Assembly (NCBI GenBank): GCA_963665295.1
Contig: OY762209.1
Coordinates: 3,296,001 to 3,360,000, forward strand
Direction of reading: 5' to 3'
Origin: Syntrophorhabdaceae bacterium
Lineage (GTDB): Bacteria; Desulfobacterota; Syntrophorhabdia; Syntrophorhabdales; Syntrophorhabdaceae
DNA: 64,000 bases
A program made the translations under genes and the position numbers. The notes below the pieces were generated by a model. That model saw nothing but the letters and a program-made list of their open reading frames with translations. It had not been told where the DNA came from and searched no databases. Below, in pieces: positions 39,104 to 49,769 of the stretch (positions are counted from its first letter, which is position 1; each line of letters opens with the position of its first letter).

Positions 39104-40475
39104 CGGAAGGAAGATACTGCGGGCGGCCATGGGAGGTGACGCCGTATATGGCGATGTGTTTGAGGAAGAGCGGACCTACACCTATATTCAGCTCGAATCC
39201 GGCCGCATTGAGAAGATAGAGAAGGGGACCGATAAGGGAGTGGGGATTCGCGTGATCAGCCCCTGGAAGACCTTTTATGGGTCCACAAATTCTTTCAGGG
39301 AAGAGGACCTCCTGGGTATGGCGCGGGAACTCGGGAAATTTTCGAAGGAAGGGACATGGAGCGGGCCCATGGAAGGGAAGGTCCTGGATTGCCACTATCC
39401 TTTTTCCATCGTCCTTCCGCCGGAGGGCGTAGAGATGGACCGCAAGTTGGCCATGGTCAAGAGAGTGGAATCTCTCGTGAAGGGCATGGAGCCGAGGATC
39501 ACACAAGTGAGGGTGATTTACCGGGACACGCGGCAGGACCTGACTATTACCAACAGCACCGGCACCGATATCAGGGACAGGAGGACCCACGTGGTGTTGA
39601 ACCTCCTTCTTGTGGGGGAAGAGAAGGAGGAAATGCAGACCGCCTATGAGGCGGTGGGTGGGCTCTATGGATTTGAGTATTTTACGGATGAGGTAATCGA
39701 AGGACTGGCTCTTAAGACCGCCGGCAGGCTCACAGGACTACTGGGTGCCCGGGAGGCGCCTATGGGCACGAAGACGGTGGTCCTTGCGTCGGAAGCGGGT
39801 GGCACTATGGTCCACGAGGCTATAGGCCACGGCCTTGAAGCCGACCTTGCCATGGAAGGTCTCTCCTGTTACAAGGACATGATAGGCGATAAGATCGCGT
39901 CTACTCTCATCAATGTGGTGGATGACGCGACACTGCCCCATATGAGGGGCACCTACTGCTACGACGATGAGGGCACGCCGTCGGAAAGGACGGTTCTCGT
40001 TCAGGACGGGGTGCTCATGAATTACCTCTTCGACAGGTTTCACGCCCTCAAGTACGGCAGGCCTTCCACGGGCAACGGGAGAAGAGAGTCCTTCAGACAT
40101 AAACCGATCCCGAGAATGAGCAATACCATGATACTGCCCGGCAAGGATGACCCCGCAAAGATCATCTCGTCCGTGGACGACGGCGTACTCGTGGTGAAGA
40201 TGGGAGGAGGGCAGGTCGATACGGTGAGAGGCGATTTTGTCTTTGAAATATCGGAAGGTTACATCATCGAGAAGGGCCATGTGGGCCCCATGATCAAGAA
40301 TGCGACCATGATGGGCAGCGGATTGAAGGTACTCCAGGGAATCGATATGGTCGGCAGTGACCTGGGGTTCGGCATAGGCACATGCGGAAAAGACGGCCAG
40401 GGAGTGCCGGTGGCCGATGCCCAGCCCACACTGAGGATTCCCGAAATAGTGGTTGGGGGTAAATCCGCAGGGTAG
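39096..40475 (+). CDS. tldD: TldD metalloprotease
   Basis: GVGIRV, HEAIGHGLEAD, DDEG, TGNGRR..PRMSNT, GTCGKDGQGVPV..QPT; AGGAGGT RBS. Confidence 0.93.
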   Translation: MCDGRKILRAAMGGDAVYGDVFEEERTYTYIQLESGRIEKIEKGTDKGVGIRVISPWKTFYGSTNSFREEDLLGMARELGKFSKEGTWSGPMEGKVLDCHYPFSIVLPPEGVEMDRKLAMVKRVESLVKGMEPRITQVRVIYRDTRQDLTITNSTGTDIRDRRTHVVLNLLLVGEEKEEMQTAYEAVGGLYGFEYFTDEVIEGLALKTAGRLTGLLGAREAPMGTKTVVLASEAGGTMVHEAIGHGLEADLAMEGLSCYKDMIGDKIASTLINVVDDATLPHMRGTYCYDDEGTPSERTVLVQDGVLMNYLFDRFHALKYGRPSTGNGRRESFRHKPIPRMSNTMILPGKDDPAKIISSVDDGVLVVKMGGGQVDTVRGDFVFEISEGYIIEKGHVGPMIKNATMMGSGLKVLQGIDMVGSDLGFGIGTCGKDGQGVPVADAQPTLRIPEIVVGGKSAG

Positions 40476-40567
40476 ACTGCAACGCGGTGACTGCCCGGAA
40501 AACGCCCGGCCGTGTCGTGCGCTTTCCGGGGAGGAGAAGGGGGGATTATGACGGAAGGCATAGAACG

Positions 40568-41380
40568 ATGAAAGGCTGCCGTTTTCTTGCCCCCTTTTTG
40601 CGCATTATTCTGCTTCCGACCCTTGTCTGTTTGTTCTTTCCTCCAGGCGACCTTTTCGCGGGACGTCCCCTGATCACCGATGACACATCGACTCAGGGCA
40701 AAGGCGGCTACCTGTTCGAAACAGGGGTTGAATACAATAGAGATGATTCGGACGGGGTAAAGGTACGAAGGAAGGCGGCTGCCGTCGAACTCGACTACGG
40801 ATTGGCCGACCCTGTCGACCTGTGTATCTCGACCACCTATCAGGCCCTCGATATTAACAACCAGGGGGACAAAAGCTCTCCTCAGGGGGTTACGGACACG
40901 TTGCTGGAGCTGAAATGGCGCTTCTACGATAACAACAGGTGGCTAAGCTTCGCCGTAAAACCGGGTATGTATCTCCCCACCGGCAACTACACGGTGGGAA
41001 CGGGAAGCGGGGATTACCGGATGGGGTCGGGGCAGGTGAGGCCCAGGCTTTACTTTGTGGGCACCGGAGTAGTCAGTACCCTCTCATTCCATCTCAACTT
41101 GGGATATATGAGAAATGTCAACCGGTACGACGCCCAGACGGACCTTTGGCATGCATCGTTGGCCGGAGAGTGGCGCCTGATAAAGGACCTGAGACTCGTA
41201 GGCAACGTGGGAGTCGATACCAACCCGGATAAGGGCACCTCCACTGATCCTGCTTTCGTTCTCGGGGGCATCATCTATTCGCTGACGGAAAAGGTCGAAC
41301 TGGACCTCGGCGTAAAATACGGCCTTGCAGAGCCCGGATACGACACGATGTTTACAAGCGGGGTATCGGTCAAGTTTTGA
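40568..41380 (+). CDS. outer-membrane beta-barrel 'transporter'-family protein
   Basis: Signal peptide, RPLITDD, KWRF, LPTG, alternating beta pattern, terminal Phe. Confidence 0.7.
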   Translation: MKGCRFLAPFLRIILLPTLVCLFFPPGDLFAGRPLITDDTSTQGKGGYLFETGVEYNRDDSDGVKVRRKAAAVELDYGLADPVDLCISTTYQALDINNQGDKSSPQGVTDTLLELKWRFYDNNRWLSFAVKPGMYLPTGNYTVGTGSGDYRMGSGQVRPRLYFVGTGVVSTLSFHLNLGYMRNVNRYDAQTDLWHASLAGEWRLIKDLRLVGNVGVDTNPDKGTSTDPAFVLGGIIYSLTEKVELDLGVKYGLAEPGYDTMFTSGVSVKF

Positions 41381-41561
41381 CGGCCCGGTTCCAGCCGCAA
41401 ATTTCATAATTTTCATTTTTCTACCTTTTCCCGGTATGCTAAACTGTAATCGGGAATGTGCGTTTCACACGAGGCCCAACCCTTTCTTTAGAAAGGAATT
41501 TTCCATTTCATTCCCGGAAGGGCGACGAGGTGTATTTTTTCGCGGTGAAGTGAGGCGAACA

Positions 41562-44500
41562 GTGGAAAAGAACGACCTGAACGACAGAAACGACGGTGGG
41601 AAGGATGTGATGCGCTCCGCGCTCAGACGATCTTCGCCACGGGCTATACTGGCGGCAACGATAATTGCATCTCCCTTGCCATTCCTTGTTGTGCTGATCC
41701 TTCCCTCCCGGTTCCATCATGTAGTGGACAGGGTCTTATACCTCCTTTTTCACAACGTTGCCGAGTTCTTCAGTATCATGGTCTCTCTCTCCATATTCGG
41801 CGTGGGGTGGTATACTTACAAACAATCCAGAGACCGCCACGCTCTCTTCCTCAGTTCCGCGTTTCTTGCCATAGGCCTTATGGATTTTATGCACACCCTG
41901 GCTAACGCGGCCATGCCGGCGTTTGTCACGGCGAACAGTTCCAATAAATCAACTCAATTCTGGATAGTGGCGAGGCTCATATCAGCCGCTTCGTTTCTTG
42001 TGAGTGCTTTCATCTATCAGGGGGCGCACACAGGGAGGCTGAAGAGGGTGATGTTGTCAAGGACTGTCTTGATGGCGGGCGCCCTCGGCATCCCCTTGGT
42101 ACTGTTTGCAGGGATTACGTTTTTCCCCTCCTTTGTCCCGAATACCTACATCCCCGGGGTGGGGCTTACTTCATTCAAGGTGTATTCCGAGTATCTGGTC
42201 GTTTTGCTCCTGTGCGTGGCGGCAGCGGCATACTGGAGACGGATGGTCCGGACCAACGATGGGTCGCTCATGTATTATGTAGCCGCCTTCGTTATCTGCG
42301 CCTTCGGGGAACTCGTCTTCGCGGCCTACAAAACGGTTTTTGATACGTATAACGTTCTGGGCCACGTCTATAAGATTGTGGCTTTTTTTCTGATCTATAA
42401 GGGGATGTTCATCGCATCCGTCAGGAACCCCTATATGACTCTGGCTACCTTGAACAGCAGGCTCGATGAAGAGGTCCGGGAACGGAAAGTGGCCCAGGCG
42501 GCATTGCAGCGACTCCTCGCCGACCTTGAGGTGAAGGTAACCGAGCGGACCGAAGAGCTTACCCGGGCGAACCGGTTGCTTCAGGAAGAGATCGTCGAGA
42601 GGGAGCGGGCACAGACGAGCCTGCGGGAGAGTGAGCGGCGGTGGGCCACTACCCTCGCAAGTATCGGGGATGGGGTGATTGCCACTGACCGGGACGGCTA
42701 TATTACCTTCATGAACGGAGTGGCCGAAAAACTGACCGGATGGATCTCACGGGATGCGGTTTCGAAACCGGTGATGAAGGTGTTCAACATCATCAGCGAG
42801 GAAACCCGGGAGGCAGTAAGCAATCCCGTTGTTAGAGTGCTCATGGATGGTCTGGTGGTTGGGCTTGCCAATCATACTATCCTGGTGAGAAGAGACGGCG
42901 CGGAGATCCCTATTGACGATAGCGGCGCGCCCATAAGGGACGGAAATGGAAACATCACAGGTGTGGTACTTGTTTTTCGGGACATAGTGGAGCGCAGACG
43001 GGCGGAGGAAGCGTTACATAAGGCCTATGGTGAACTCGAACACCGGGTCGAGGAGAGAACTGCGGAACTCAGAGACCTTAACTGGGCGCTTGAGGAGGGG
43101 ATAAGAGACCGGGAGAGGTTGTTCGGAGAACTGGATGAGCAGCGAGCCCGCCTGGAGGCTATTATAGCCACAATGCCCGCCGCTTTGTTTATTACAGATG
43201 ACAGGGGAGGGCTACGTTTTGCCAATGACGCCGCAAAGAAGTTGTGGGGCGGAGTTGCCCCTATGGTCGCAGGGTGCGAGGAATACGGGGTCTACAAGGG
43301 CCGGTGGGCCGATACGGGAAGACAGCTGGGGGCGTTTGACTGGAACGCCTCCCGTGCGCTTACGAGAGGTGAGACTTCGCTTGGCGAGAGGATTGAAATC
43401 GAACGGTTTGACGGCAGTACGGGTACCGCACTCTTTTCCGCCGCTCCTATAAGGAACGCGGAAGGGGCCATTCTGGGGGCCGTTACAATTGCCCTGGACA
43501 TTACGGAACAGAGGCAGATCGAAGAGCGGCTTCGTCAGGCACAGAAAATGGAGGCTATCGGTACCCTCGCCGGAGGCATCGCTCATGATTTCAACAATAT
43601 TCTCGGGGGCATAATAGGCTTCGCTGAGATGGTCCTGGATGATGTTCCCCCGGATACGCCCGCTTACCATCAATTACAACTCGTTCTCGACAGTGGATTG
43701 AGAGGCCGCGACCTCGTGAAACAGATTCTCGCCTTCAGTCGTAAGACCGAGCACAAAAGAGAGATACTGTCCCTCGCTCCCCTGGTCACCGAAACAGTCA
43801 GATTGCTCAGGGCCTCCCTGCCGGCGACTATAAGGATCTCGGTAAACGTTTCCGCCACTTCGGATATGGTCTTCGCAAACGCCTCGGAAATCCAGCAGAT
43901 TGCCATGAACCTCTGTACTAATGCCGCCCACGCCATGGGGGAGAACGGGGGAGAACTGACGATTTCCCTTGGGGACGCCGATGGAGTGCCCACCTCGGTT
44001 GTGGAGGAGCCTTTCCCGGGTGGATATGTGGAGCTTGTCGTTAAAGATACCGGGACCGGCATCGATGCCGGGGTAATTAAAAGAATATTCGAGCCTTTCT
44101 TTACTACCAAGGGCATCGGCAAGGGGACGGGCATGGGGCTTGCCGTAGTCTACGGCATAGTGAAGAGCCTCGACGGTCACGTGGCAGTAGAAAGCGAACC
44201 GGGAGTAGGCTCCACATTCAGGGTATTCCTTCCCAAAATGAAGGCTGACGCACGTCCTCCCGCCAAAGAGGTTGAGGACTTGCCGGGAGGCACGGAGCGG
44301 ATCCTCTTTGTGGACGACGAAATACTTCTGAGGGAATGGGGCAAGGCTGTTCTCGAGCGACTTGGTTATACGGTGACCGTGGCCTCTGACGGGTTGGAGG
44401 CCCTTAAGATATTCTCCGAGGATCCCTTCAACTTTGATCTTGTCTTTACGGATCAGACCATGCCGCGAATTACCGGCCATAATCTCGCGAGAGAGATCAG

Positions 44501-44672
44501 GAAGATCAGACCCGATATGGCGGTGATCCTTTGCACCGGCCACAGCGATGCAGTCTCGGCTGAGACGGCGGAGGCCGAAGGGATAGGGGCATTTCTCATG
44601 AAGCCTCTTAGGAAACATGAAATGGGGCGGACGGTGCGCAGGGTTCTGGATGGCCGGTCCGGGGTGCGGTAA
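41562..44672 (+). CDS. hybrid sensor histidine kinase (MASE3-PAS-PAS-HisKA-HATPase-REC); start uncertain
   Basis: H...E.FSI..DFMHTL..N.STQFW (MASE3), SIGDGVIATD, AHDFNN, NL.TNA, D.GTG, FFTTK.GKGTGMGL, VDDE..TDQTMP. Confidence 0.9.
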   Translation: MEKNDLNDRNDGGKDVMRSALRRSSPRAILAATIIASPLPFLVVLILPSRFHHVVDRVLYLLFHNVAEFFSIMVSLSIFGVGWYTYKQSRDRHALFLSSAFLAIGLMDFMHTLANAAMPAFVTANSSNKSTQFWIVARLISAASFLVSAFIYQGAHTGRLKRVMLSRTVLMAGALGIPLVLFAGITFFPSFVPNTYIPGVGLTSFKVYSEYLVVLLLCVAAAAYWRRMVRTNDGSLMYYVAAFVICAFGELVFAAYKTVFDTYNVLGHVYKIVAFFLIYKGMFIASVRNPYMTLATLNSRLDEEVRERKVAQAALQRLLADLEVKVTERTEELTRANRLLQEEIVERERAQTSLRESERRWATTLASIGDGVIATDRDGYITFMNGVAEKLTGWISRDAVSKPVMKVFNIISEETREAVSNPVVRVLMDGLVVGLANHTILVRRDGAEIPIDDSGAPIRDGNGNITGVVLVFRDIVERRRAEEALHKAYGELEHRVEERTAELRDLNWALEEGIRDRERLFGELDEQRARLEAIIATMPAALFITDDRGGLRFANDAAKKLWGGVAPMVAGCEEYGVYKGRWADTGRQLGAFDWNASRALTRGETSLGERIEIERFDGSTGTALFSAAPIRNAEGAILGAVTIALDITEQRQIEERLRQAQKMEAIGTLAGGIAHDFNNILGGIIGFAEMVLDDVPPDTPAYHQLQLVLDSGLRGRDLVKQILAFSRKTEHKREILSLAPLVTETVRLLRASLPATIRISVNVSATSDMVFANASEIQQIAMNLCTNAAHAMGENGGELTISLGDADGVPTSVVEEPFPGGYVELVVKDTGTGIDAGVIKRIFEPFFTTKGIGKGTGMGLAVVYGIVKSLDGHVAVESEPGVGSTFRVFLPKMKADARPPAKEVEDLPGGTERILFVDDEILLREWGKAVLERLGYTVTVASDGLEALKIFSEDPFNFDLVFTDQTMPRITGHNLAREIRKIRPDMAVILCTGHSDAVSAETAEAEGIGAFLMKPLRKHEMGRTVRRVLDGRSGVR

Positions 44673-44747
44673 CGCTCCCCGTATGCCGACAGGCCCCGGA
44701 AAGGCTTTTGTGCGGGGATGACATGGAATGTATGTACCCTGATGAAG

Positions 44748-44775
44748 AGAGGGGCGGCTCGAAAGCCGCCCCTCT
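44748..44775. terminator. hairpin between convergent genes
   Basis: AGAGGGGCGGCT-CGAA-AGCCGCCCCTCT. Confidence 0.6.
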
Positions 44776-44803
44776 GTATGAATATCTCTGTGTAGATCAC
44801 TCG

Positions 44804-46411
44804 TTACTGCTTGTCTCCCCACTTGCCGTATTTCTCTCTGAGAATCCTGTGGAGGATTTTGCCGGTAGGTGTTTTCGGCATCTCTTCGTCTTTGATGAAG
44901 GCGACATTCTTCGGGACCTTGAAGCCGGCTATCTTGCCTTTGCAGAAGGCTGAAATCTCTTCCGGTGTGGCGGTCTGTCCTTCGTGGAGGACGATAACGG
45001 CCTGCACCGTCTCGCCCCATTTCTCGTGAGGCACGCCGATGACTGCCACGTCTTTTACCTTGGGATGGGCGCCTAAGCAATTCTCAACCTCGGAAGGAAA
45101 GATATTTTCGCCGCCGGAGATAATCATGTTTGCCTTTCTGTCAACAAGGAAAAGATACCCTTCCTCATCCTTGTACCCCATGTCGCCTGCGCTGAAATAC
45201 TGTCCCTTCAGAGCAGCGGCTGTCTTTTCCTCATCTTTCCAATACCCGGTGAAGAGCTGTGGGCTTCTTGAGTACACCTCACCTACCACGTTCGGCTCGG
45301 TAATGAGCTTGCCTTCTTCATCATAAAGCTCCAGGAGATCGGTGCCGATGACCTCGCGTCCGCAGGAACCGAGCTTCGTGATCTGTTCTTCGGGTTTGAG
45401 GATCGTAACGCATCCCGCTTCCGTCGAGCCATAAGCCTCGTCAAGCTTTGAATTGGGGAACATATTGAGGATGCCCAGTTTCGTGTCTTTACGCGCAGGC
45501 GCCGAGGAGATAAGCAGTTTCTTGATACTGGTGAGATCGTATTTCTTCTTTACTTCGTCGGGAAGCGAAAGAAGCATGATGTAGTGAGTCGGTACCAGGG
45601 AAGTGAAGGTTACTTTGTGCTCTGAGAATGTCTTGAGGAGGTCTTCGGAATCGAAGCTTATCATGTTGTAGCACATGACCGTTCCGCCTACCCACGTTGC
45701 CACGAAGGAATAGTTGAGAGAGTTGATATGACAACACGGCATGACGAGGAGGTTCACGTCGTCGTGGCCGAAGAAATGGTCGTGAATCATGATGAAATAC
45801 TGAGACAACAGCGACCGGTGGCTCTTCATGACGCCTTTGGGCTTGCCGGTGGTGCCGCTGGTATACATGATGATCCAGATGTCCTCAGGATCAACAACTG
45901 TGGCAGGCTCTTCCGGGCTTGCCGCAGCAAGGGCATCCTCGTAGGTTACAAAACCGTCGTATTTGGGGTTGTCGAAGCCGAAAGCCATGTAATGGGTAAC
46001 GGTGGGGATATTCTTCTTCATACCGTTGACCATGTTTACCCATGGGAATTCCTTGCCGTCCTTCTTGTCGCTGCCGCCCTGGACGATAAAGACTTTACAT
46101 TCACTGTGATTGATATTGTATTCCATTTCCGGGGCAGACAGTCTGAACATGAGGGGAACGACAACGAAGCCGCCTTTTGCTGCGGCGCCGTACACGTCCA
46201 TCCACTCCACGCAGTTGTATGCGAGGACTGCAAAGCGGTCACCCTTCTTCATACCCATATCGGCGAGTGCGTTGGCAAGCCGGCATGTTCTCTCGTTCCA
46301 CTCTTTGAACGTGAATTCCTTGTAAAGGTCCTTGGCCCCGATCTTGTTAGGCCACTTGCTGGCGTTTACCCTTAGTGTTTCTTTTGCGGTCAACCAAAAA
46401 TCTGTCTTCAT
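44804..46411 (-). CDS. acyl/aryl-CoA ligase (ANL family)
   Basis: YTSGTTGKPKG, YGSTE, GD.G..D..G, DRK..MIISGGEN, PKTPTGK. Confidence 0.92.
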   Translation of the reverse strand: MKTDFWLTAKETLRVNASKWPNKIGAKDLYKEFTFKEWNERTCRLANALADMGMKKGDRFAVLAYNCVEWMDVYGAAAKGGFVVVPLMFRLSAPEMEYNINHSECKVFIVQGGSDKKDGKEFPWVNMVNGMKKNIPTVTHYMAFGFDNPKYDGFVTYEDALAAASPEEPATVVDPEDIWIIMYTSGTTGKPKGVMKSHRSLLSQYFIMIHDHFFGHDDVNLLVMPCCHINSLNYSFVATWVGGTVMCYNMISFDSEDLLKTFSEHKVTFTSLVPTHYIMLLSLPDEVKKKYDLTSIKKLLISSAPARKDTKLGILNMFPNSKLDEAYGSTEAGCVTILKPEEQITKLGSCGREVIGTDLLELYDEEGKLITEPNVVGEVYSRSPQLFTGYWKDEEKTAAALKGQYFSAGDMGYKDEEGYLFLVDRKANMIISGGENIFPSEVENCLGAHPKVKDVAVIGVPHEKWGETVQAVIVLHEGQTATPEEISAFCKGKIAGFKVPKNVAFIKDEEMPKTPTGKILHRILREKYGKWGDKQ

Positions 46412-46719
46412 AAAAAGACCTCCTCCATAAGATTTGTGTTATAACCCTCGGACCACGTTTTTCGGTTGTGTGATCCAAATCAACCCCCTGCCCGGGAAAA
46501 TCCCCCTTACGGGGGATCCCCCGAAGCGTTTTGCGACCGGATTACGATCATTTTGCACTCTGCCGTTGCGGTTTGTGCTACCCCCTGTAGCCCGTTTAGC
46601 GTGTGCCTGTCCTGAACGCAACCCAGCCCTTGAAGCCCGCTTCCTGTTTGTGTTACGACACAGCCTTCCTTACCGGGCTCTCCTTTAACCCGGTGAGACG
46701 CTGTCTTTCAACCCCATAA

Positions 46720-47484
46720 TTATTCCGCGAGAAGGGCCGCTCCCAGGGCAGCGGTAATCTGGGGCTCCTCAGAGACCAGAATACTTACACCCAGTTCCGA
46801 CTCCACGGCTTTGACAAGCCCCAGGTCCTTAGCCCCTCCTCCCGTTACCGCGCAATCCATGGTGAGCCCCAAACGGGTAACGAGATTTACGATCTTGGAG
46901 GCCATGGCCCTGTGGATGCCCTGAAGTATGTCTCCTGTGGAAGCCCCCTCGGCAACACGGGATACCGCCTCCGACTCAGCGAAGACCGCACACCCTGTGG
47001 TGAATTCCACCGGTTTGACCGCGGTGAGCGAAAGGGGACCGATATCTTCTATGTTGATGTGGAGTATGCGGGAAATGACCTGGAGGAACTTGCCGCTCCC
47101 CCCGGCGCACTTCTCGTTCATCACGAAATTCGTGACTTTCCCTGCATCGTTGATCCCGATTGCCTTGCTGAACTGCGCGCCTATGTCGATTACCGTCCGC
47201 ACCGTGGGGAACAGATAATGAACCCCCGCGGCATGAGAGGAAATGTCGGTGGCGGTCTGGTCGGCAAAGTCGACCATGGCCGCCCCATAACCCGTGGCAA
47301 CCGTGCGCGAGATGGCGTTCCGGTGAATACCGGCCTTCTTGAGGGCGTGTGCAACAACCAGATTGACTGCGTCCTTGTAGTTTCCCCCTGAAGGGATAAC
47401 CGCGTGGGACTTCACTATCCGGTTCTCGCAAATAACCGCCTTGGAATAACCTGAGCCTATATCGATACCGAGTACGTAAGTCAT
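46720..47484 (-). CDS. BadF/BadG/BcrA/BcrD ATPase (activase subunit, BzdP-like)
   Basis: GIDIGS, ATGYG, IDIGAQ.SK, NEKCAGGSG.FL, CAVFAESE, TGGGAK. Confidence 0.88.
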   Translation of the reverse strand: MTYVLGIDIGSGYSKAVICENRIVKSHAVIPSGGNYKDAVNLVVAHALKKAGIHRNAISRTVATGYGAAMVDFADQTATDISSHAAGVHYLFPTVRTVIDIGAQFSKAIGINDAGKVTNFVMNEKCAGGSGKFLQVISRILHINIEDIGPLSLTAVKPVEFTTGCAVFAESEAVSRVAEGASTGDILQGIHRAMASKIVNLVTRLGLTMDCAVTGGGAKDLGLVKAVESELGVSILVSEEPQITAALGAALLAE

Positions 47485-47541
47485 CTGAAGTCCTTAGTTG
47501 GTGTCTGGCGGAGAGCCTCCGCTATCCGCAATTCCGGGCCT

Positions 47542-48384
47542 TCACGAGAAGAATCGCGCTTCCCGTAACCCTTGCTCGCTTCTCGTGAGCGCCTGCCCGC
47601 TTTGGACGGCGTCCTCGTATGCGCCCTTCCCGATCAGTGCCGCCCCGAGGGCCCCTGTAATGAGGGGCTCGGGCGGTACCAGTAACGGAAATCCAAACTT
47701 ATCTTCCAAAGCTTTGACCAAACCGATGTTCTTTGCCCCGCCGCCCGTGACGGCCACATCCTTTTCCACCTTCAGCTTTTTCACCATCGAATAGACGCGC
47801 GTCGCCACTGCGTCATGAATGCCTGCAACCAGACTGGCAAGGGGCTCGCCATTTGCGAGTTGGTTAATCACCTCGGCTTCGGCAAAAACCGTGCAGGTGC
47901 TGCTTACGGGACTTATCCGCTGGGCGGAAAGAGAGAGTGAGCCTAGGTCACGGAGCGGAACCCCCAGGGCGTCGGCGATCACTTCGAGAAATCGTCCGGT
48001 TCCGGCGGCGCATTTATCGTTCATGACAAAGTCGGTAACTTTGCCGTTCTTTATCTTAATACCCTTACTGTCCTGGCCTCCGACGTCGATCACGGTCCTG
48101 ACCGTCGGCAGCAGGCTGCTTAGACCTTTTGCGTGGCACGTAATCTCAGTAACCTGTCTGTCCGCGAAGGGAACGTTGATTCTGCCGTATCCCGTCGCGA
48201 TAACGTAGCTCAAGTCCTCAAATCTGAGCCCGGCCTGACCGAGGGCTTCCTCCATCACTTTGTTGGCGAGTTTCCGGTGTTCGGGCCCTGTCGGCCCTAT
48301 GAGCGAGGCTTCCAGGTGATCACTTATGATGATCACCTTGGTCATGGTTGAGCCGATGTCTATGCCGGCGAAATAGTGTTTCAT
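47542..48384 (-). CDS. BadF/BadG/BcrA/BcrD ATPase (activase subunit, BzdQ-like)
   Basis: GIDIGSTMTK, TGYGR, EITCHAKG, DVGGQDSK, NDKCAAGTGRFLE, CTVFAE. Confidence 0.9.
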   Translation of the reverse strand: MKHYFAGIDIGSTMTKVIIISDHLEASLIGPTGPEHRKLANKVMEEALGQAGLRFEDLSYVIATGYGRINVPFADRQVTEITCHAKGLSSLLPTVRTVIDVGGQDSKGIKIKNGKVTDFVMNDKCAAGTGRFLEVIADALGVPLRDLGSLSLSAQRISPVSSTCTVFAEAEVINQLANGEPLASLVAGIHDAVATRVYSMVKKLKVEKDVAVTGGGAKNIGLVKALEDKFGFPLLVPPEPLITGALGAALIGKGAYEDAVQSGQALTRSEQGLREARFFS

Positions 48385-48421
48385 TAGTCTTGCTCCTGTG
48401 CTCTATCAGGGCCCTGGGACC

Positions 48422-49756
48422 TTAGCCCCGTTTTTTCTTATAAGCTTCCAACGTCTCTATAAAGGCATCGATCCTGTTGTGGGTGTCCGCCTCGTTGTAA
48501 GAGCTGATATCGACAATATCGCCTTCCATGATCAAAACGGGTATTTCGCCGTATATCCTCTTGAGGACCGCTGCCTGCTGCATGATGCCCGCATGCCAGC
48601 TCCTGCAGGAGAACGCGGAATGGAATACCACGCCGTCGAGTTTGTAATCGTTGATATATTCAATTATACGCTCCACCTTGGGAGAGGACCCCGGCCGGTT
48701 TCGCGCCTTGTCATACCAGTGTGTCCAGAATCTTACCCACCGCCATGCGATGCGCTCAAGGGGATCGTTTGTCTTGGGAATGTCAAGGCGCCCGATCTTC
48801 TCGGCGTTACGGTAGGTTATTTCCGCGGGGAACACGGCGCCGTGGTCGTTGAAGTACTGGAAGTCTCCAAGGGCAAACCACGAGGGGAGTCCCGCACCCC
48901 AGAGAACACGGTACTTCTCGTTTGCAACCACGCCCTGCTTGTTTTCGTTCTTGAGTTTCAGTTCGTCATAGAGGTCTTTGTAGAAGTCGTACGCCTCCTG
49001 GGTGGCGAGGTTGAACGTGACCGGCACCATGGTGTTCATGGCGTCACCCGTGTCCATAGGGGTCGGTATCGCCTTGCGGAGTTCATATGCATCGATGAAC
49101 ATGTCCCAGGTCCGCTCCGTTAGGTCCACGAGAGCCGAAAGTTTGTCCCAGTCCATCTTCCTGCCCGTATGTTTCTCACAGAAACGGACAAGTTCGAGGA
49201 GTTCAGCCCTGCAATACTTTACGTAAATCGCTTCCTGCTCGTGGAAGTTGACGTTCGGGTCCCACTGGGGATAGTACATGTTTCCCACGAAAACGGGAAC
49301 GTCCTGGAGGTAGTGTTGGGTTGCCTGAGGCCATTTGAACCGGGGATCGCACAACTGCTGGGCGCTCCCTATAATCATGTCGGGCCGTGCCATACCGCCC
49401 CAGGGAGCTCCCGGAGGGGTGGCGCCTTCCAGTTCTTCGCGCCACATATCGAAGCCTATGGTACAGGTGGCGTACGTACAGAGGGAGCGTGAAAAGTTCT
49501 CTGCTTCCGCCTTCTGCAGGTACTTCTCTGCATCACGTTTTGCCGCGCACACGCCCGCAAAGCTTTCGCCCCAGGCCGGCACTATGTCCATGGCCCGCAT
49601 GACTTCATCCTGACCGTCGTTTATGTAGGCATACGCTACTGTTTTTCCTTCCTCTTTCGCCTTTAATGTAACCGATAAATTCCCGCGTACAAACTTTGCA
49701 ATGCTTGCTGCTGCTTTTGTTGCGAGCGATCTTGGTTGTTTTTTCTCTTCAGCCAT
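48422..49756 (-). CDS. 2-hydroxyacyl-CoA dehydratase / class I benzoyl-CoA reductase catalytic subunit (BzdO-like)
   Basis: F.RSLCTY, PD..QLCD, E..TGRKMD, DGVVFH...SCR, EGD.VD, RIDAF.E. Confidence 0.8.
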   Translation of the reverse strand: MAEEKKQPRSLATKAAASIAKFVRGNLSVTLKAKEEGKTVAYAYINDGQDEVMRAMDIVPAWGESFAGVCAAKRDAEKYLQKAEAENFSRSLCTYATCTIGFDMWREELEGATPPGAPWGGMARPDMIIGSAQQLCDPRFKWPQATQHYLQDVPVFVGNMYYPQWDPNVNFHEQEAIYVKYCRAELLELVRFCEKHTGRKMDWDKLSALVDLTERTWDMFIDAYELRKAIPTPMDTGDAMNTMVPVTFNLATQEAYDFYKDLYDELKLKNENKQGVVANEKYRVLWGAGLPSWFALGDFQYFNDHGAVFPAEITYRNAEKIGRLDIPKTNDPLERIAWRWVRFWTHWYDKARNRPGSSPKVERIIEYINDYKLDGVVFHSAFSCRSWHAGIMQQAAVLKRIYGEIPVLIMEGDIVDISSYNEADTHNRIDAFIETLEAYKKKRG

Positions 49757-49769
49757 GTCATTATCCTCC

